64,000 bases of DNA from Fimbriimonadales bacterium (GTDB lineage Bacteria; Armatimonadota; Fimbriimonadia; Fimbriimonadales; GBS-DC), in the NCBI GenBank assembly GCA_025998675.1, contig AP024673.1, forward strand, positions 459,221 to 523,220, read 5' to 3'. The notes below the pieces were generated by a model. That model did not search any database. It was given only the letters and a program-made list of their open reading frames with translations, and was not told the origin of the DNA. Positions 1-9,010 of the stretch are shown here, piece after piece. The position numbers were made by a program, and so were the translations under genes. The first letter of the stretch is position 1. Each line of letters begins with the position of its first letter.

Positions 1-897
1 GCCTACGCGCCGGAAACCCACCGCGCCAAAGAGGGAACGCCCACGATGGGCGGGCTGTTGCTTATACTCGGGGTGGCGGTGGGGCTGGCGCTGGGAGGCT
101 GGCAGGCGCGCGACGCGCTGGTTCCTATGCTGGTAATTTTCTCAGGCGCGGCGTGGTTCGCGCTGATTGGTCTGGTGGACGACTACTGGATTCGTCGCTG
201 GACCGGGCAGCGTGGGCTGGAGTGGAAACAGAAGCTCGCGCTGCAGCTGGCGGCGGCGGGCGTGAGTGTGTATGTGCTGTGGCTTGCGGCGTCGGGGACG
301 CCGAGTACCGGCTCCCTGTTCGGGATTGCCAGTGGTGGGGAAGGGGCGCGGCTGCCGCTCTCCGCGCTGAGTCTGGCGGTGGGGGTGTTGTGGGTGGTCG
401 GTTGGGTGAATGCGTTCAACCTGACGGATGGGCTGGATGGGCTGGCGGCGGGACTGACCGCGCTGGCGATGGGAGGAGTCTATGCGATTAGTTCGGGGCA
501 CGGCGGCTGGACGCTCTACGCGCTGATGGTCGCAGGCGCGTGTGTGGGCTACCTGTGGTGGAATGTTTACCCTGCGCGCGTGTTCATGGGCGACACGGGG
601 TCGATGTTTCTGGGTGCCAGTTTCGGGCTGCTGACGCTTCGTTCGCTGATTCACGCGCCTGAGGCGCACTGGTGGGGCGCGTTTACGCTGATGGGACTGG
701 TGTTCGCGGCGGAGATACTCAGCGTCGTGGTGCAACTCAGCTCGGTCAAGCTGCGGGGCGGCAGGCGTATCTTTCGGGCGACTCCGATCCACCATCATTT
801 TGAGTTGCTGGGCTGGGCGGAGCCGACGATTGTGATGCGGTTCTGGCTGGTGGGCGCGATTGCCGCCGCGTGCGGCGTTGTGGTGAGCCGATGGTGA
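1..897 (+). CDS. mraY: Phospho-N-acetylmuramoyl-pentapeptide transferase MraY, 5' end cut by window edge
   Basis: The frame is open from nt 1 (AYAPETHRAKEGTPTMGG...), so the listed Met at 46 is internal. Polytopic membrane protein with NAFNLTDGLDGLA and VFMGDTGS motifs. First gene of a dcw-type cluster. Confidence 0.9.
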   Translation, partial: AYAPETHRAKEGTPTMGGLLLILGVAVGLALGGWQARDALVPMLVIFSGAAWFALIGLVDDYWIRRWTGQRGLEWKQKLALQLAAAGVSVYVLWLAASGTPSTGSLFGIASGGEGARLPLSALSLAVGVLWVVGWVNAFNLTDGLDGLAAGLTALAMGGVYAISSGHGGWTLYALMVAGACVGYLWWNVYPARVFMGDTGSMFLGASFGLLTLRSLIHAPEAHWWGAFTLMGLVFAAEILSVVVQLSSVKLRGGRRIFRATPIHHHFELLGWAEPTIVMRFWLVGAIAAACGVVVSRW

Positions 898-903
898 ACC
901 GAC

Positions 904-2268
904 ATGGATGAGTTTGCAGGCAAACGCGTGGTGGTTCTTGGAGCAGGGCGCAGCGGCGTCGCGGCGGCAAGTGCGCTCGCGCGACGCAACGCGCGGGTGG
1001 AAGTGTACGACCGAAAGCCCCTCACGGAACTGCCGCACGCCGATGCCCTCCTGGCGCAGGGCATTCCGATTCACACCGAATGTGACGCGCCCGCCAGCCT
1101 GCAGGGGTACGACCTTGTCGTGGTCAGCCCGGGCGCGCCGCCCAGCCACCCGATTTTCGCACTGGCGGATGCGGCGGGCGTGCCCGTGTGGAGCGAGATT
1201 GAACTCGGCTACCGTATCGCGCGTGCGCCGATTATCGCGATTACGGGCACGAACGGCAAGACGACAACCACGATGCTGATTCACCACATCCTGCGCGCGA
1301 TGGGGCAGCAGGCGCACCTGTGCGGCAATATCGCGGGGATTGAGGACGAGCAGACGCTCACCGAAGCCGCCGAACGCGCCGCGCCCGATGCATGGCTCGT
1401 GGCAGAGGTTAGCTCGTTCCAGTTGTTGCACACACACGCTTTCCGTCCCAAAATCGCCGTGATCACCAACATTCGGAACGACCACCTGGACTATCACGGC
1501 AGCTGGGAGGCTTACGCACTTGCGAAGGCGAAGATTCTGGCGAACCAGACGCCCAACGATTGGGCAGTGCTGAATGCGGATGACCCAGGCGTGCAGTGGG
1601 TGGTGGAGAGGGGGCACGGGGAAGCGGGCAAAATCCTCTACTTCTCCACCGCTTCGCCATTTGTAAAAGTTTCGGGCGAAAACCTGAATATTGCTGACAT
1701 GTTCAAGCCTGCCTTACATGGGGTGCATGGTCTGGAAAACGCGCTCGCCGCGGCATGCGTCGCCAGTATTCTGGGATGCACTGCCGGGCAATTGCGTGAA
1801 GCGTTCGCAAGTTTCAGAGGCGCGCCCCATCGAATGGAGTTCGTCGGCGAGTGGGGCGGCGTGCGCTACATTAACAATTCGATGTGTACCAACGCGGACG
1901 CGCTGGAGAAGTCGCTTCAGGCGACGCCCAAGCCGTGTCTGGTGATTGCTGGCGGGGTGGACAAAAACGAGAGCATTCCTCAGCTGGCGGAGTCGCTGGC
2001 GCGCCATGCGAGGTATGTGCTGCTCATCGGGAGAGACGGGCAGGCGATTGCCGACGCGCTGCAGGCGCTGGGATACACGCACTGGGAGTATGTGGAGAGC
2101 CTCGCGCGGGCGGTTTCTGAAACCTCTCGGCTTGTTCGCGCTGGGGATACGGTAATCCTCGCGCCGGGCTGTGCCAGCTTCGACCAGTTCCGCAACTTCG
2201 CCGACAGAGGGGAGCAGTTCAGACGCCTGATACGGGAGGTGCATGAATGCGACGGTCGCACACACTGA
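904..2268 (+). CDS. murD: UDP-N-acetylmuramoylalanine--D-glutamate ligase
   Basis: N-terminal Rossmann loop VVVLGAGRSG and Mur-ligase P-loop GTNGKTTT. Located between mraY and ftsW. Confidence 0.9.
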   Translation: MDEFAGKRVVVLGAGRSGVAAASALARRNARVEVYDRKPLTELPHADALLAQGIPIHTECDAPASLQGYDLVVVSPGAPPSHPIFALADAAGVPVWSEIELGYRIARAPIIAITGTNGKTTTTMLIHHILRAMGQQAHLCGNIAGIEDEQTLTEAAERAAPDAWLVAEVSSFQLLHTHAFRPKIAVITNIRNDHLDYHGSWEAYALAKAKILANQTPNDWAVLNADDPGVQWVVERGHGEAGKILYFSTASPFVKVSGENLNIADMFKPALHGVHGLENALAAACVASILGCTAGQLREAFASFRGAPHRMEFVGEWGGVRYINNSMCTNADALEKSLQATPKPCLVIAGGVDKNESIPQLAESLARHARYVLLIGRDGQAIADALQALGYTHWEYVESLARAVSETSRLVRAGDTVILAPGCASFDQFRNFADRGEQFRRLIREVHECDGRTH

Positions 2269-3479
2269 GAAACGGTTATTATTCGATAGAGCCGCCTCAC
2301 TCTGCGCTGGCTCCCGCGGCGGGGGGCGCTGGGCGTGTGCCAGCTGCCCTCTGGTGGGCGCCGCTCGCGCTTGCGCTCGTGGGGCTTTTTTTTCAGGGCA
2401 GTGTGGTGATTGTGGAGCTGGGGCGCCTGGGCAAAGACGGCTCGATGCCCGATGTTGCAGGCGCCGTGCGCCCCGTGCTGATGCAGCTGCTGTGGCTGCT
2501 GATCGGCGTGGGCGCGCTGTGGGGCTGCAGCCGTGTCAAGGGGCGTTTCTGGCTGGCGAGCGCGTGGCTGTGGCTCCTGTTGAGCTGGGGCGCGCTCCTG
2601 TGGCTCGCGCTGGATTTGCCGGGCGCACTCACCATCAATGGCGCGACGCGCTGGATTGGTCTGCCCCTGCTAAACGGCGCGACGCTGCAGCCTGCCGAGT
2701 TCTACAAGCTGGCGACGCTGCTGTGGATGACCGCGGTCTGGAGCGCGCCGCGCGTCGGGCGCGGGGTATGGATAGGCGTTCTGCTGTGGCTTTCGGGGGC
2801 AGCGCTCATCGTGCTTCAACCCGACAAGGACACGGCGACGCTGGTGTTGATGCTGGGCTTTGGGGTCGCCTTCCTTGGCGGCTTGCGCTCCCAGTGGGTT
2901 CTCTTATCGATGCTGGCGGGCGGGGTGTTCGCAGGCGCGCTTATCGCGACGCCGCTGCTGCTGGGCGCGCTGCGCAGCCAGCCGTGGGAGACGCAGCCGG
3001 GCGCGTATGTGGTGAAGCGGATTCAAGCGACGCTGAACCCGTGGGCGCACGAGCGTGAGGTGGGCTACCAGATGGTGCGCGCGCAGATTGCGGTGGGCAG
3101 CGGTGGGCTGTTCGGCGTGGGCATCGGCGAGGGGCGCGAGAAGCGCAGCTTGCCCGCGGTCGAGAGCGACTATATCTTCGCCGCAATCGCTGAGGAGTTC
3201 GGACTGGCGGGCAGTCTGAGCGTGATGACGCTGTTCGGGATACTGGTGTGGGCATGTTTTGCAAGTGCGCGGCGTGCGCCCACGCGCGCAGGCAGGCTCT
3301 ACCTGGCAGGATTGGGCGTATGGATTGGCGTCGGCGCGCTGATGAACCTCAGCATGGCGGTGGGCTTGTTGCCCACGATGGGCTTGCCGTTGCCGTTCGT
3401 GAGTGCGGGCGGCTCCGCGCTGGTGAGCCTGATGGCTGCTGTGGGGATAGGCGTCGCGCTCACGAGAGAATCGCCATGA
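2247..3479 (+). CDS. ftsW: SEDS-family peptidoglycan polymerase / lipid II flippase FtsW
   Basis: Multi-TM protein with the SEDS C-terminal signature (LPTMGLPLPFVSAGGSALV). Its stop overlaps the murG start (ATGA). The start is uncertain (22-nt overlap with murD). Confidence 0.85.
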   Translation: MRRSHTLRNGYYSIEPPHSALAPAAGGAGRVPAALWWAPLALALVGLFFQGSVVIVELGRLGKDGSMPDVAGAVRPVLMQLLWLLIGVGALWGCSRVKGRFWLASAWLWLLLSWGALLWLALDLPGALTINGATRWIGLPLLNGATLQPAEFYKLATLLWMTAVWSAPRVGRGVWIGVLLWLSGAALIVLQPDKDTATLVLMLGFGVAFLGGLRSQWVLLSMLAGGVFAGALIATPLLLGALRSQPWETQPGAYVVKRIQATLNPWAHEREVGYQMVRAQIAVGSGGLFGVGIGEGREKRSLPAVESDYIFAAIAEEFGLAGSLSVMTLFGILVWACFASARRAPTRAGRLYLAGLGVWIGVGALMNLSMAVGLLPTMGLPLPFVSAGGSALVSLMAAVGIGVALTRESP

Positions 3480-4588
3480 AGATTGCAATCGCGGGCGGGA
3501 TTACAGGCGGGCATCTGTTCCCAGCGTTGGCGGTAGCGCAGGCGTTGCAGGCGCGGGGACACGAGGTGCTGTATCTTGGGGCGCAGCACGGCATCGAAGG
3601 GCGCGTCGAGCTGCCTGTGCCGCATGCGCTGCTGGAGATGAGCGGGCTACGCTCCACACGGCGCACCCTGTGGTCTGTGCCGCTCGCGCTCTGGCGCGCG
3701 CGACGCGCGGCTTACAGGTATCTGCACGCATTTGGCGCAGAGCTGCTGTTCACCACGGGCGGCTATGCCTCCATCCCCATCGCGATGGCGTTTTTGCGAT
3801 TGAGCGAGCGGCTGGCGCTGCTGGAGCCAGACGCGCTGCCTGGCAAAGCGAACCGCTGGCTGGCGCGTCGCGCGATACGGGTCTGCGTGAACTTTGAGGA
3901 GGCGGCGCAGGTGTTTGGCGGCGCGAAGACGGTGCGTACCGGGCTACCCGTGCGCTCCGAGGTCTACCTGCCCGAAGTGGCGCCTGCCGAAGCGCGCGAT
4001 TACTTCGGGTTGAAGCGCGACCGATTCACCGTGCTGGTGGTCGGAGGCAGTCAAGGCGCACAGGCGTTGAACGAAGCCGTGCTGAACACTGTGCAGTACC
4101 TGCCGTCGGGCGAACTGCAGTGGCTCCATCTCACGGGCGAGGCGAATTTTGAACTGGTGCGCAGCACAGCGGAGCGACTGGGGCTGAACGGAAACTATCA
4201 CCCGCATCCGTTTCTGACGGGGCGCGCGATGGGGCTGGCGTATCGCGCAGCGGATGTGGTCATCGGGCGCGGCGGCGCGGGCAGTCTCACCGAGTTCGCG
4301 CTCAACGGATTGCCCATGATTGTGATTCCGTACCCCCATGCGGCGGGGGGGCATCAGCGGTATAATTGCGAGGCGCTGGCGATGCGGGGCGCGGCGGAGG
4401 TGATGGACCAATCCGCGCTCACACCCCAGCGACTGGCAGAGCGGTTGCTCGACCTGCGCAATTGCCCCCAACTGCGCGCGCAGATGCAGGCAGCTGGACA
4501 GGCATGGGCGATTCCAAACGCGACCGAGCGCATCGTGCAACTGCTGGAGGAGGTTGGCAGGTGTACACACCCACAGGCATCCGTCTGA
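3476..4588 (+). CDS. murG: UDP-GlcNAc:lipid I N-acetylglucosaminyltransferase MurG
   Basis: Starts MKIAIAGGITGGHLFPALAVAQAL (MurG G-loop). Start taken at ATG 3476 inside the longer listed ORF 3248..4588 because it is translationally coupled to the ftsW stop. Confidence 0.9.
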   Translation: MKIAIAGGITGGHLFPALAVAQALQARGHEVLYLGAQHGIEGRVELPVPHALLEMSGLRSTRRTLWSVPLALWRARRAAYRYLHAFGAELLFTTGGYASIPIAMAFLRLSERLALLEPDALPGKANRWLARRAIRVCVNFEEAAQVFGGAKTVRTGLPVRSEVYLPEVAPAEARDYFGLKRDRFTVLVVGGSQGAQALNEAVLNTVQYLPSGELQWLHLTGEANFELVRSTAERLGLNGNYHPHPFLTGRAMGLAYRAADVVIGRGGAGSLTEFALNGLPMIVIPYPHAAGGHQRYNCEALAMRGAAEVMDQSALTPQRLAERLLDLRNCPQLRAQMQAAGQAWAIPNATERIVQLLEEVGRCTHPQASV

Positions 4589-4614
4589 CGACAAATCGGG
4601 AACCGAGCCTTGCG

Positions 4615-6963
4615 ATGCAGTTCCACTTTGTTGGGATTGGCGGCGCGGGGATGTCGGCGCTGGCGCGCTGGCTGCGGCACAAAGGGGCGACCGTGAGCGG
4701 CTCCGACCTCGCCGAGTCGCCCACGCTGGACGCCCTGCGCCAGATTGGAGTGGACGCCTACGCCGCGCACGACGCCACCCGCCTGGGACGCCCCGATTGG
4801 GTGGTGGTCTCCGACGCCATCCACCCGGACAACCCCGAAGTGATTGAGGCGCTGCGGCGGGAAATCCCCATCTGGCGACGCTCGCAACTGATGGGGTGGC
4901 TCCTGCGCGACTATAAAGTCATCGCGATTGCGGGGACGCACGGCAAGTCCACCACGACCGCCATGACCGCGACGATACTGGAAGCCGCGGGCTACGACCC
5001 CACCGTGCTGATCGGCGCGGATGTGCCCATGCCGCCTCCGTGGCAGGGCAACCTGCGGCTGGGCAGCAGCGAGTGGGCGGTGGTGGAAGCCTGCGAAGCC
5101 TACGAGTCGTTTCTGGACATCAAGCCGTACCTCGCGCTTATCACCAACATCGAGCCCGACCATCTGGACTATCACGGCACTTACGAGCGACTCCTCAAAA
5201 GCTTTGTGAACTTTGGCAAGCATGTCTCCCATGAGGGCTACCTGATTGCCTGCGGCGACAGTCCGGGCGTGCGCGAAATGCTGAAGATGCTACACGGGAT
5301 GGGCGGGCATGAGCGTCCCCCGATTCTGTACGGGCTGGCGTCGCACAACGACCTGCGCGCCGAGATACGTGAACGCACGCCGACCTACACCGAGTTTCAA
5401 GTTTACAACAGCCACTGGCTCTCGGACTCCGAGCCGACGCTGCGGATCCCCTATCTGGGCGAGCAAAATGTGCAAAACGCGCTGGGGGCGACCTGCATCG
5501 CGCTGTTGCTCCAGATACCGACGGAGGTCATCGCGTCCGCGCTGGCGAGCTTTCGCGGGGTCAAGCGCCGGCAGGAAATCGTCGGCGAGGCGATGGGCAT
5601 CACAGTGGTGGACGACTACGCGCACCACCCGACCGAGATACGCGCGGCGTTGCGCGCGTTGCGCCAGCGATTTCCCAATCGCCGACTGGTGGTACTCTAT
5701 CAGCCGCACCTTTACAGCCGCACGCGCGACCAGCTGCACGGGTTGATTGATAGCCTGAGCGCGGCGGATTTTGTGGTCATCACCGACATCTACCCCGCCC
5801 GCGAGCAACCGATCCCGGGCGTGAGCGCGTCGTTGATTGCCGAGGGACTGCTGGAGCGCGACAGCCCGCCCACGCTCTATGTGCCGATAAAAGAGCAGAT
5901 TCCCTCGCGGCTGACGCCCCACCTGCAGCCCAACGATGTGGTGGCGGTGATGGGGGCGGGGGATATCGAAAAAGTTGCACCCGCGCTCCTGCGTCGACTG
6001 GAGACGCGTGGTCAGGCGCGACGGCTCACAGTCGCCGTTCTGATGGGCGGCGATTCGCCTGAGCGCGATGTGTCGCTCCTGTCGGGGCTGCGCGTGATGC
6101 AGGCGCTGAACCCCGACAGGTATCACGCTGTAGCCGTAGACCCTGCCCTGATTAAGGGCAAGGAGGGCTACTGGGGCTTGCAGGAGTTGCTGACGCGCGA
6201 GCGCCCCGATGTCGCGTTCATCGCGCTCCACGGCAAGCACGGCGAGGACGGCGCGGTGCAGGGGCTGCTGGAGCTGCTGGGCATTCCCTACACAGGCTCT
6301 GGCGTGTTGCCCAGCGCGCTCGCGATGAACAAATACATCGCGAAGATGGTGTTCCGCGAGGTGGGGCTGACCACGCCGAACGCGCTGCTGGTGGGCGACG
6401 CTTCCGACGAGACGATTGAGCGCGTGCAGCGACGGCTGCGCCTGCCCATCATCGTGAAGCCGAATCAGGGCGGCTCGACGCTGGGGGCAACGCGGGTGTT
6501 CGAATGGGACGCGCTCCCGCGCGCGCTACGCAAGGCGTTCGCCTACGACGAAAACGCGCTGGTCGAGGAGCTTATCGAGGGCGTCGAGGTCTCCGTGCCC
6601 GTGCTGGGTCGGCGCGAGCCGTATGCGCTGCCTCCCGTGGAGATTGCACCCAGGAGCGGCTATTACGACTTCCATGCCAAGTATGTGCCTGGGGAGACCG
6701 AAGAGATAGTGCCTGCGCGCCTGCCCACCGAGATCCTCGACCTGTTACAGCAGACCGCTGTCGCCGCGCACCTCGCGCTGGGCTGTCGGGGGATGAGCCG
6801 CGTGGATATGATTGTGCGCGAGACGACCCCGTATGTGCTGGAGGTGAACACGATTCCGGGGCTGACGCCCACCTCGCTGTTGCCGCGCAGCGCGGAGACC
6901 GCAGGGCTGAGCTTCGGCGAGCTGGTCGAGCGCATCCTCTGCGATGCGCTGGAGGAGGTATAG
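4615..6963 (+). CDS. murC: Bifunctional UDP-N-acetylmuramate--L-alanine ligase / D-alanine--D-alanine ligase (MurC-Ddl fusion, about 782 aa)
   Basis: The N-terminal half begins MQFHFVGIGGAGMSALA and has GTHGKSTTT (MurC). From about nt 6020 a Ddl-type ATP-grasp follows in the same ORF (RLTVAVLMGGDSPERDVSLLSG ... HGKHGEDGAVQGLLELLGIPYTGSGV ... EVNTIPGLT). No stop codon lies between the halves. An in-frame GTG at 4561 is an alternative start. Confidence 0.85.
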   Translation: MQFHFVGIGGAGMSALARWLRHKGATVSGSDLAESPTLDALRQIGVDAYAAHDATRLGRPDWVVVSDAIHPDNPEVIEALRREIPIWRRSQLMGWLLRDYKVIAIAGTHGKSTTTAMTATILEAAGYDPTVLIGADVPMPPPWQGNLRLGSSEWAVVEACEAYESFLDIKPYLALITNIEPDHLDYHGTYERLLKSFVNFGKHVSHEGYLIACGDSPGVREMLKMLHGMGGHERPPILYGLASHNDLRAEIRERTPTYTEFQVYNSHWLSDSEPTLRIPYLGEQNVQNALGATCIALLLQIPTEVIASALASFRGVKRRQEIVGEAMGITVVDDYAHHPTEIRAALRALRQRFPNRRLVVLYQPHLYSRTRDQLHGLIDSLSAADFVVITDIYPAREQPIPGVSASLIAEGLLERDSPPTLYVPIKEQIPSRLTPHLQPNDVVAVMGAGDIEKVAPALLRRLETRGQARRLTVAVLMGGDSPERDVSLLSGLRVMQALNPDRYHAVAVDPALIKGKEGYWGLQELLTRERPDVAFIALHGKHGEDGAVQGLLELLGIPYTGSGVLPSALAMNKYIAKMVFREVGLTTPNALLVGDASDETIERVQRRLRLPIIVKPNQGGSTLGATRVFEWDALPRALRKAFAYDENALVEELIEGVEVSVPVLGRREPYALPPVEIAPRSGYYDFHAKYVPGETEEIVPARLPTEILDLLQQTAVAAHLALGCRGMSRVDMIVRETTPYVLEVNTIPGLTPTSLLPRSAETAGLSFGELVERILCDALEEV

Positions 6964-6966
6964 CCG

Positions 6967-7902
6967 ATGCGTTTGCAGGAACGAGGCAAGCGAGTGCGGA
7001 TTCGGAGCCGGGCAAGCGCGCCACGGTACGCTCCTGTGCTGGAGCCGACGGGGCGGTTCAGCCTGCCTGCGCCCGCACCCGCGCCTGCGCGCGCCGCTGG
7101 GCGCGTTCGGCGTCGGGCAAGGCGTGCGTCGCCGCTCTGGGCGTGGCTGTGGCGCAATACGGAACCGCTCCTGTGGTGCGCCGTGCTGAGTGCGCTCTCG
7201 CTGAGCCTCTGGTTCTCGCCGCGCACGCAGTTGACACGACTGGATGCCGCGGGCGCGCCGTCGGAGGCGCATACCGCGCTCTATGCGCTGCTTGAGGCGT
7301 ACATAGAATCGCCGATTCCCCTGAGCGACACGCCGCGCCAGCTGGAACGCGCCGCCGAGTCGCTGGACTGGGTACAACAGGCGCGCTGGCAGGCGCGAGG
7401 CGTCGGGAAGGCGCGCCTGCAGATTACCCCGCGCGAACCGTTCGTTGAGATTCAGGGCGCAAATGGCGACCGATTGTTCGCCGACTCCACAGGATTCGTA
7501 TTTCAATCGCCGAATCCATCCATGAAGCCGATTGCAGGCGTGATTCGCTACGCGCAGGATATGGCGCCCATAAACAGCGGCTGCACTGTAGAGGGCGAGA
7601 TGCAAGCAGCGCTGAAGATTCTGGAGGAGATTCGAAACCATTCGGAGGTGAAGCATCCGCGGGTGCGTGTGTCCCGTGCAGGCGGGATACAGCTCTTCGC
7701 GGCGGTACAACGCGGCGCGGAGCCGCCCGTCGCGGTGCAGATCCGCTTCGGCGATGCAACCGCACTGGACGCCCAGCTGAAAACGATGCGCCGCCTGCTC
7801 AATACGCCCCTGACGGAGCTGCGCCAGTGGGAATACATCGATATCAGCACGCCGAACGCGGAAGCCGTCAAACCGCGTGCGGCGGCGGGGGGTGAGCCAT
7901 GA
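6967..7902 (+). CDS. ftsQ: Cell division protein FtsQ/DivIB-like
   Basis: Position between ddl and ftsA. Basic N-terminus, a single TM (LLWCAVLSALSLSLWF), then a POTRA-like segment (ITPREPFVEIQG). Sequence similarity is weak, so the call rests mostly on context. Confidence 0.6.
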   Translation: MRLQERGKRVRIRSRASAPRYAPVLEPTGRFSLPAPAPAPARAAGRVRRRARRASPLWAWLWRNTEPLLWCAVLSALSLSLWFSPRTQLTRLDAAGAPSEAHTALYALLEAYIESPIPLSDTPRQLERAAESLDWVQQARWQARGVGKARLQITPREPFVEIQGANGDRLFADSTGFVFQSPNPSMKPIAGVIRYAQDMAPINSGCTVEGEMQAALKILEEIRNHSEVKHPRVRVSRAGGIQLFAAVQRGAEPPVAVQIRFGDATALDAQLKTMRRLLNTPLTELRQWEYIDISTPNAEAVKPRAAAGGEP

Positions 7903-8654
7903 GCGACAATAAACTGAAGCAGATGACCGTCTTTTTCGCCATCTGGCTGGTCGTAGGGCTGCTGGTCGGCATGGCGTTCAAGGAGCAGACGCGCATCCGT
8001 ACCGCTGAGCTGCCCAGCGCCCGCCTGCCCGACCTGGCGCGCGCCTATGTGCAGGAGAAGCGCTCCAACGCGGCGCTGGAAGAGGAGATTCGCCAGCTGC
8101 GCCAGCGCATCAACGAACTGGAGAACGCCTTCGCCAGCGGCACCAAGCAGGCGCAGGTGCTGAACCAGAGCCTGCAGGAAGCGAAGATGATTGCGGGCTT
8201 GCTGGAGGTGGAGGGTCCCGGAATTGAGCTAACCCTGCAGGACAGCAAAAAGCGTCCGTCGGGCGACTCGCCCGAACTGCTGCCTGAACTCTACACGATA
8301 CACGATTACGATCTGTTGCGTGTGGTGAACGAGCTGCGTCAGGCAGGCGCGGAGGCTATCAGCATCAACGGGCAGCGTATTGTCTCGACGACGGGCATCC
8401 GCTGCACGGGTCCCGTCGTGTTTGTCAACGATGTGAAGATGGCGTCGCCGTTCGTGATTTTAGCGATTGGCGACCCGAAAACGCTGGTGGGCGCGCTGGA
8501 GATGCCGGGCGGCGCGCTGGCAGACCTCAAGAGCGTCGACCCGAAAATGGTGCAGATACGACGGCTGGATACGGTGCGCATCCCCGCGTTCAGCGGCTCG
8601 ACGCAGTTTCGCTATGCACGCCCCGTGACTCTGGAAGGAGGGACTGAGCCGTGA
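7899..8654 (+). CDS. DUF881-family division-cluster protein (YlxW/YlxX-like)
   Basis: N-terminal TM, a coiled-coil, then VEGPGIELTLQD and DYDLLRVVNELRQAGAEAISINGQRI motifs, which I recognise as DUF881. Overlaps the ftsQ stop. Confidence 0.7.
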   Translation: MSDNKLKQMTVFFAIWLVVGLLVGMAFKEQTRIRTAELPSARLPDLARAYVQEKRSNAALEEEIRQLRQRINELENAFASGTKQAQVLNQSLQEAKMIAGLLEVEGPGIELTLQDSKKRPSGDSPELLPELYTIHDYDLLRVVNELRQAGAEAISINGQRIVSTTGIRCTGPVVFVNDVKMASPFVILAIGDPKTLVGALEMPGGALADLKSVDPKMVQIRRLDTVRIPAFSGSTQFRYARPVTLEGGTEP

Positions 8655-9010
8655 TTGCTGTGGGCTTGATTGGCTTATTGCTGGGCGTGATGATTGCCTC
8701 GGTCGCGCTGGACATCCCACTGCCTGAGGAGTGGGCGGCGTATCTGTCGCTGGCGGCGCTGGCGGGGCTCGACACAGCGTTCGGGGGCTGGCGTGCCGCG
8801 CTGGAGGGGCGATTCCACCCCGATGTGTTCGTGTCGGGCTTCATCGTGAACGCGCTGCTGGCGGCGCTGCTGGCGTATCTGGGCGATCGGATCGGCGTGG
8901 ACCTGTTTCTGGCGGCGGTGGTGACGCTCGGCGGGCGGATGTTTCTGAACCTGTCGCTCATTCGGCGCTACTATCTCAACCAAATCGCACTCAGGCGGCA
9001 ACGAGGATGA
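8651..9010 (+). CDS. sbp: Small basic protein Sbp (DUF1290)
   Basis: 119-aa membrane protein between DUF881 and ftsA, as in Firmicutes/Actinobacteria-type clusters (LDTAFGG ... FLNLSLIRR). GTG start. Confidence 0.6.
   Translation: MIAVGLIGLLLGVMIASVALDIPLPEEWAAYLSLAALAGLDTAFGGWRAALEGRFHPDVFVSGFIVNALLAALLAYLGDRIGVDLFLAAVVTLGGRMFLNLSLIRRYYLNQIALRRQRG

Noticed and set aside
142-1617. Very long antisense or off-frame ORFs throughout the window. Examples: 142..1617 (-), 10300..11997 (-), 27564..29147 (-), 33931..36702 (+), 36431..38035 (+), 39818..41554 (-), 57842..58876 (+).
   Set aside because: Their translations are Arg/Ala/Pro/Gly/His-rich low-complexity strings with no motifs, and they lie opposite ORFs with clear family signatures. 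This is the expected artefact of stop-codon paucity in high-GC DNA.
4366-4614. N-terminal extension of murC to the listed start at 4366
   Set aside because: The extension overlaps the murG 3' end by more than 200 nt and translates to Arg/Gly/Ala-rich sequence. The conserved MurC N-terminus begins at ATG 4615.
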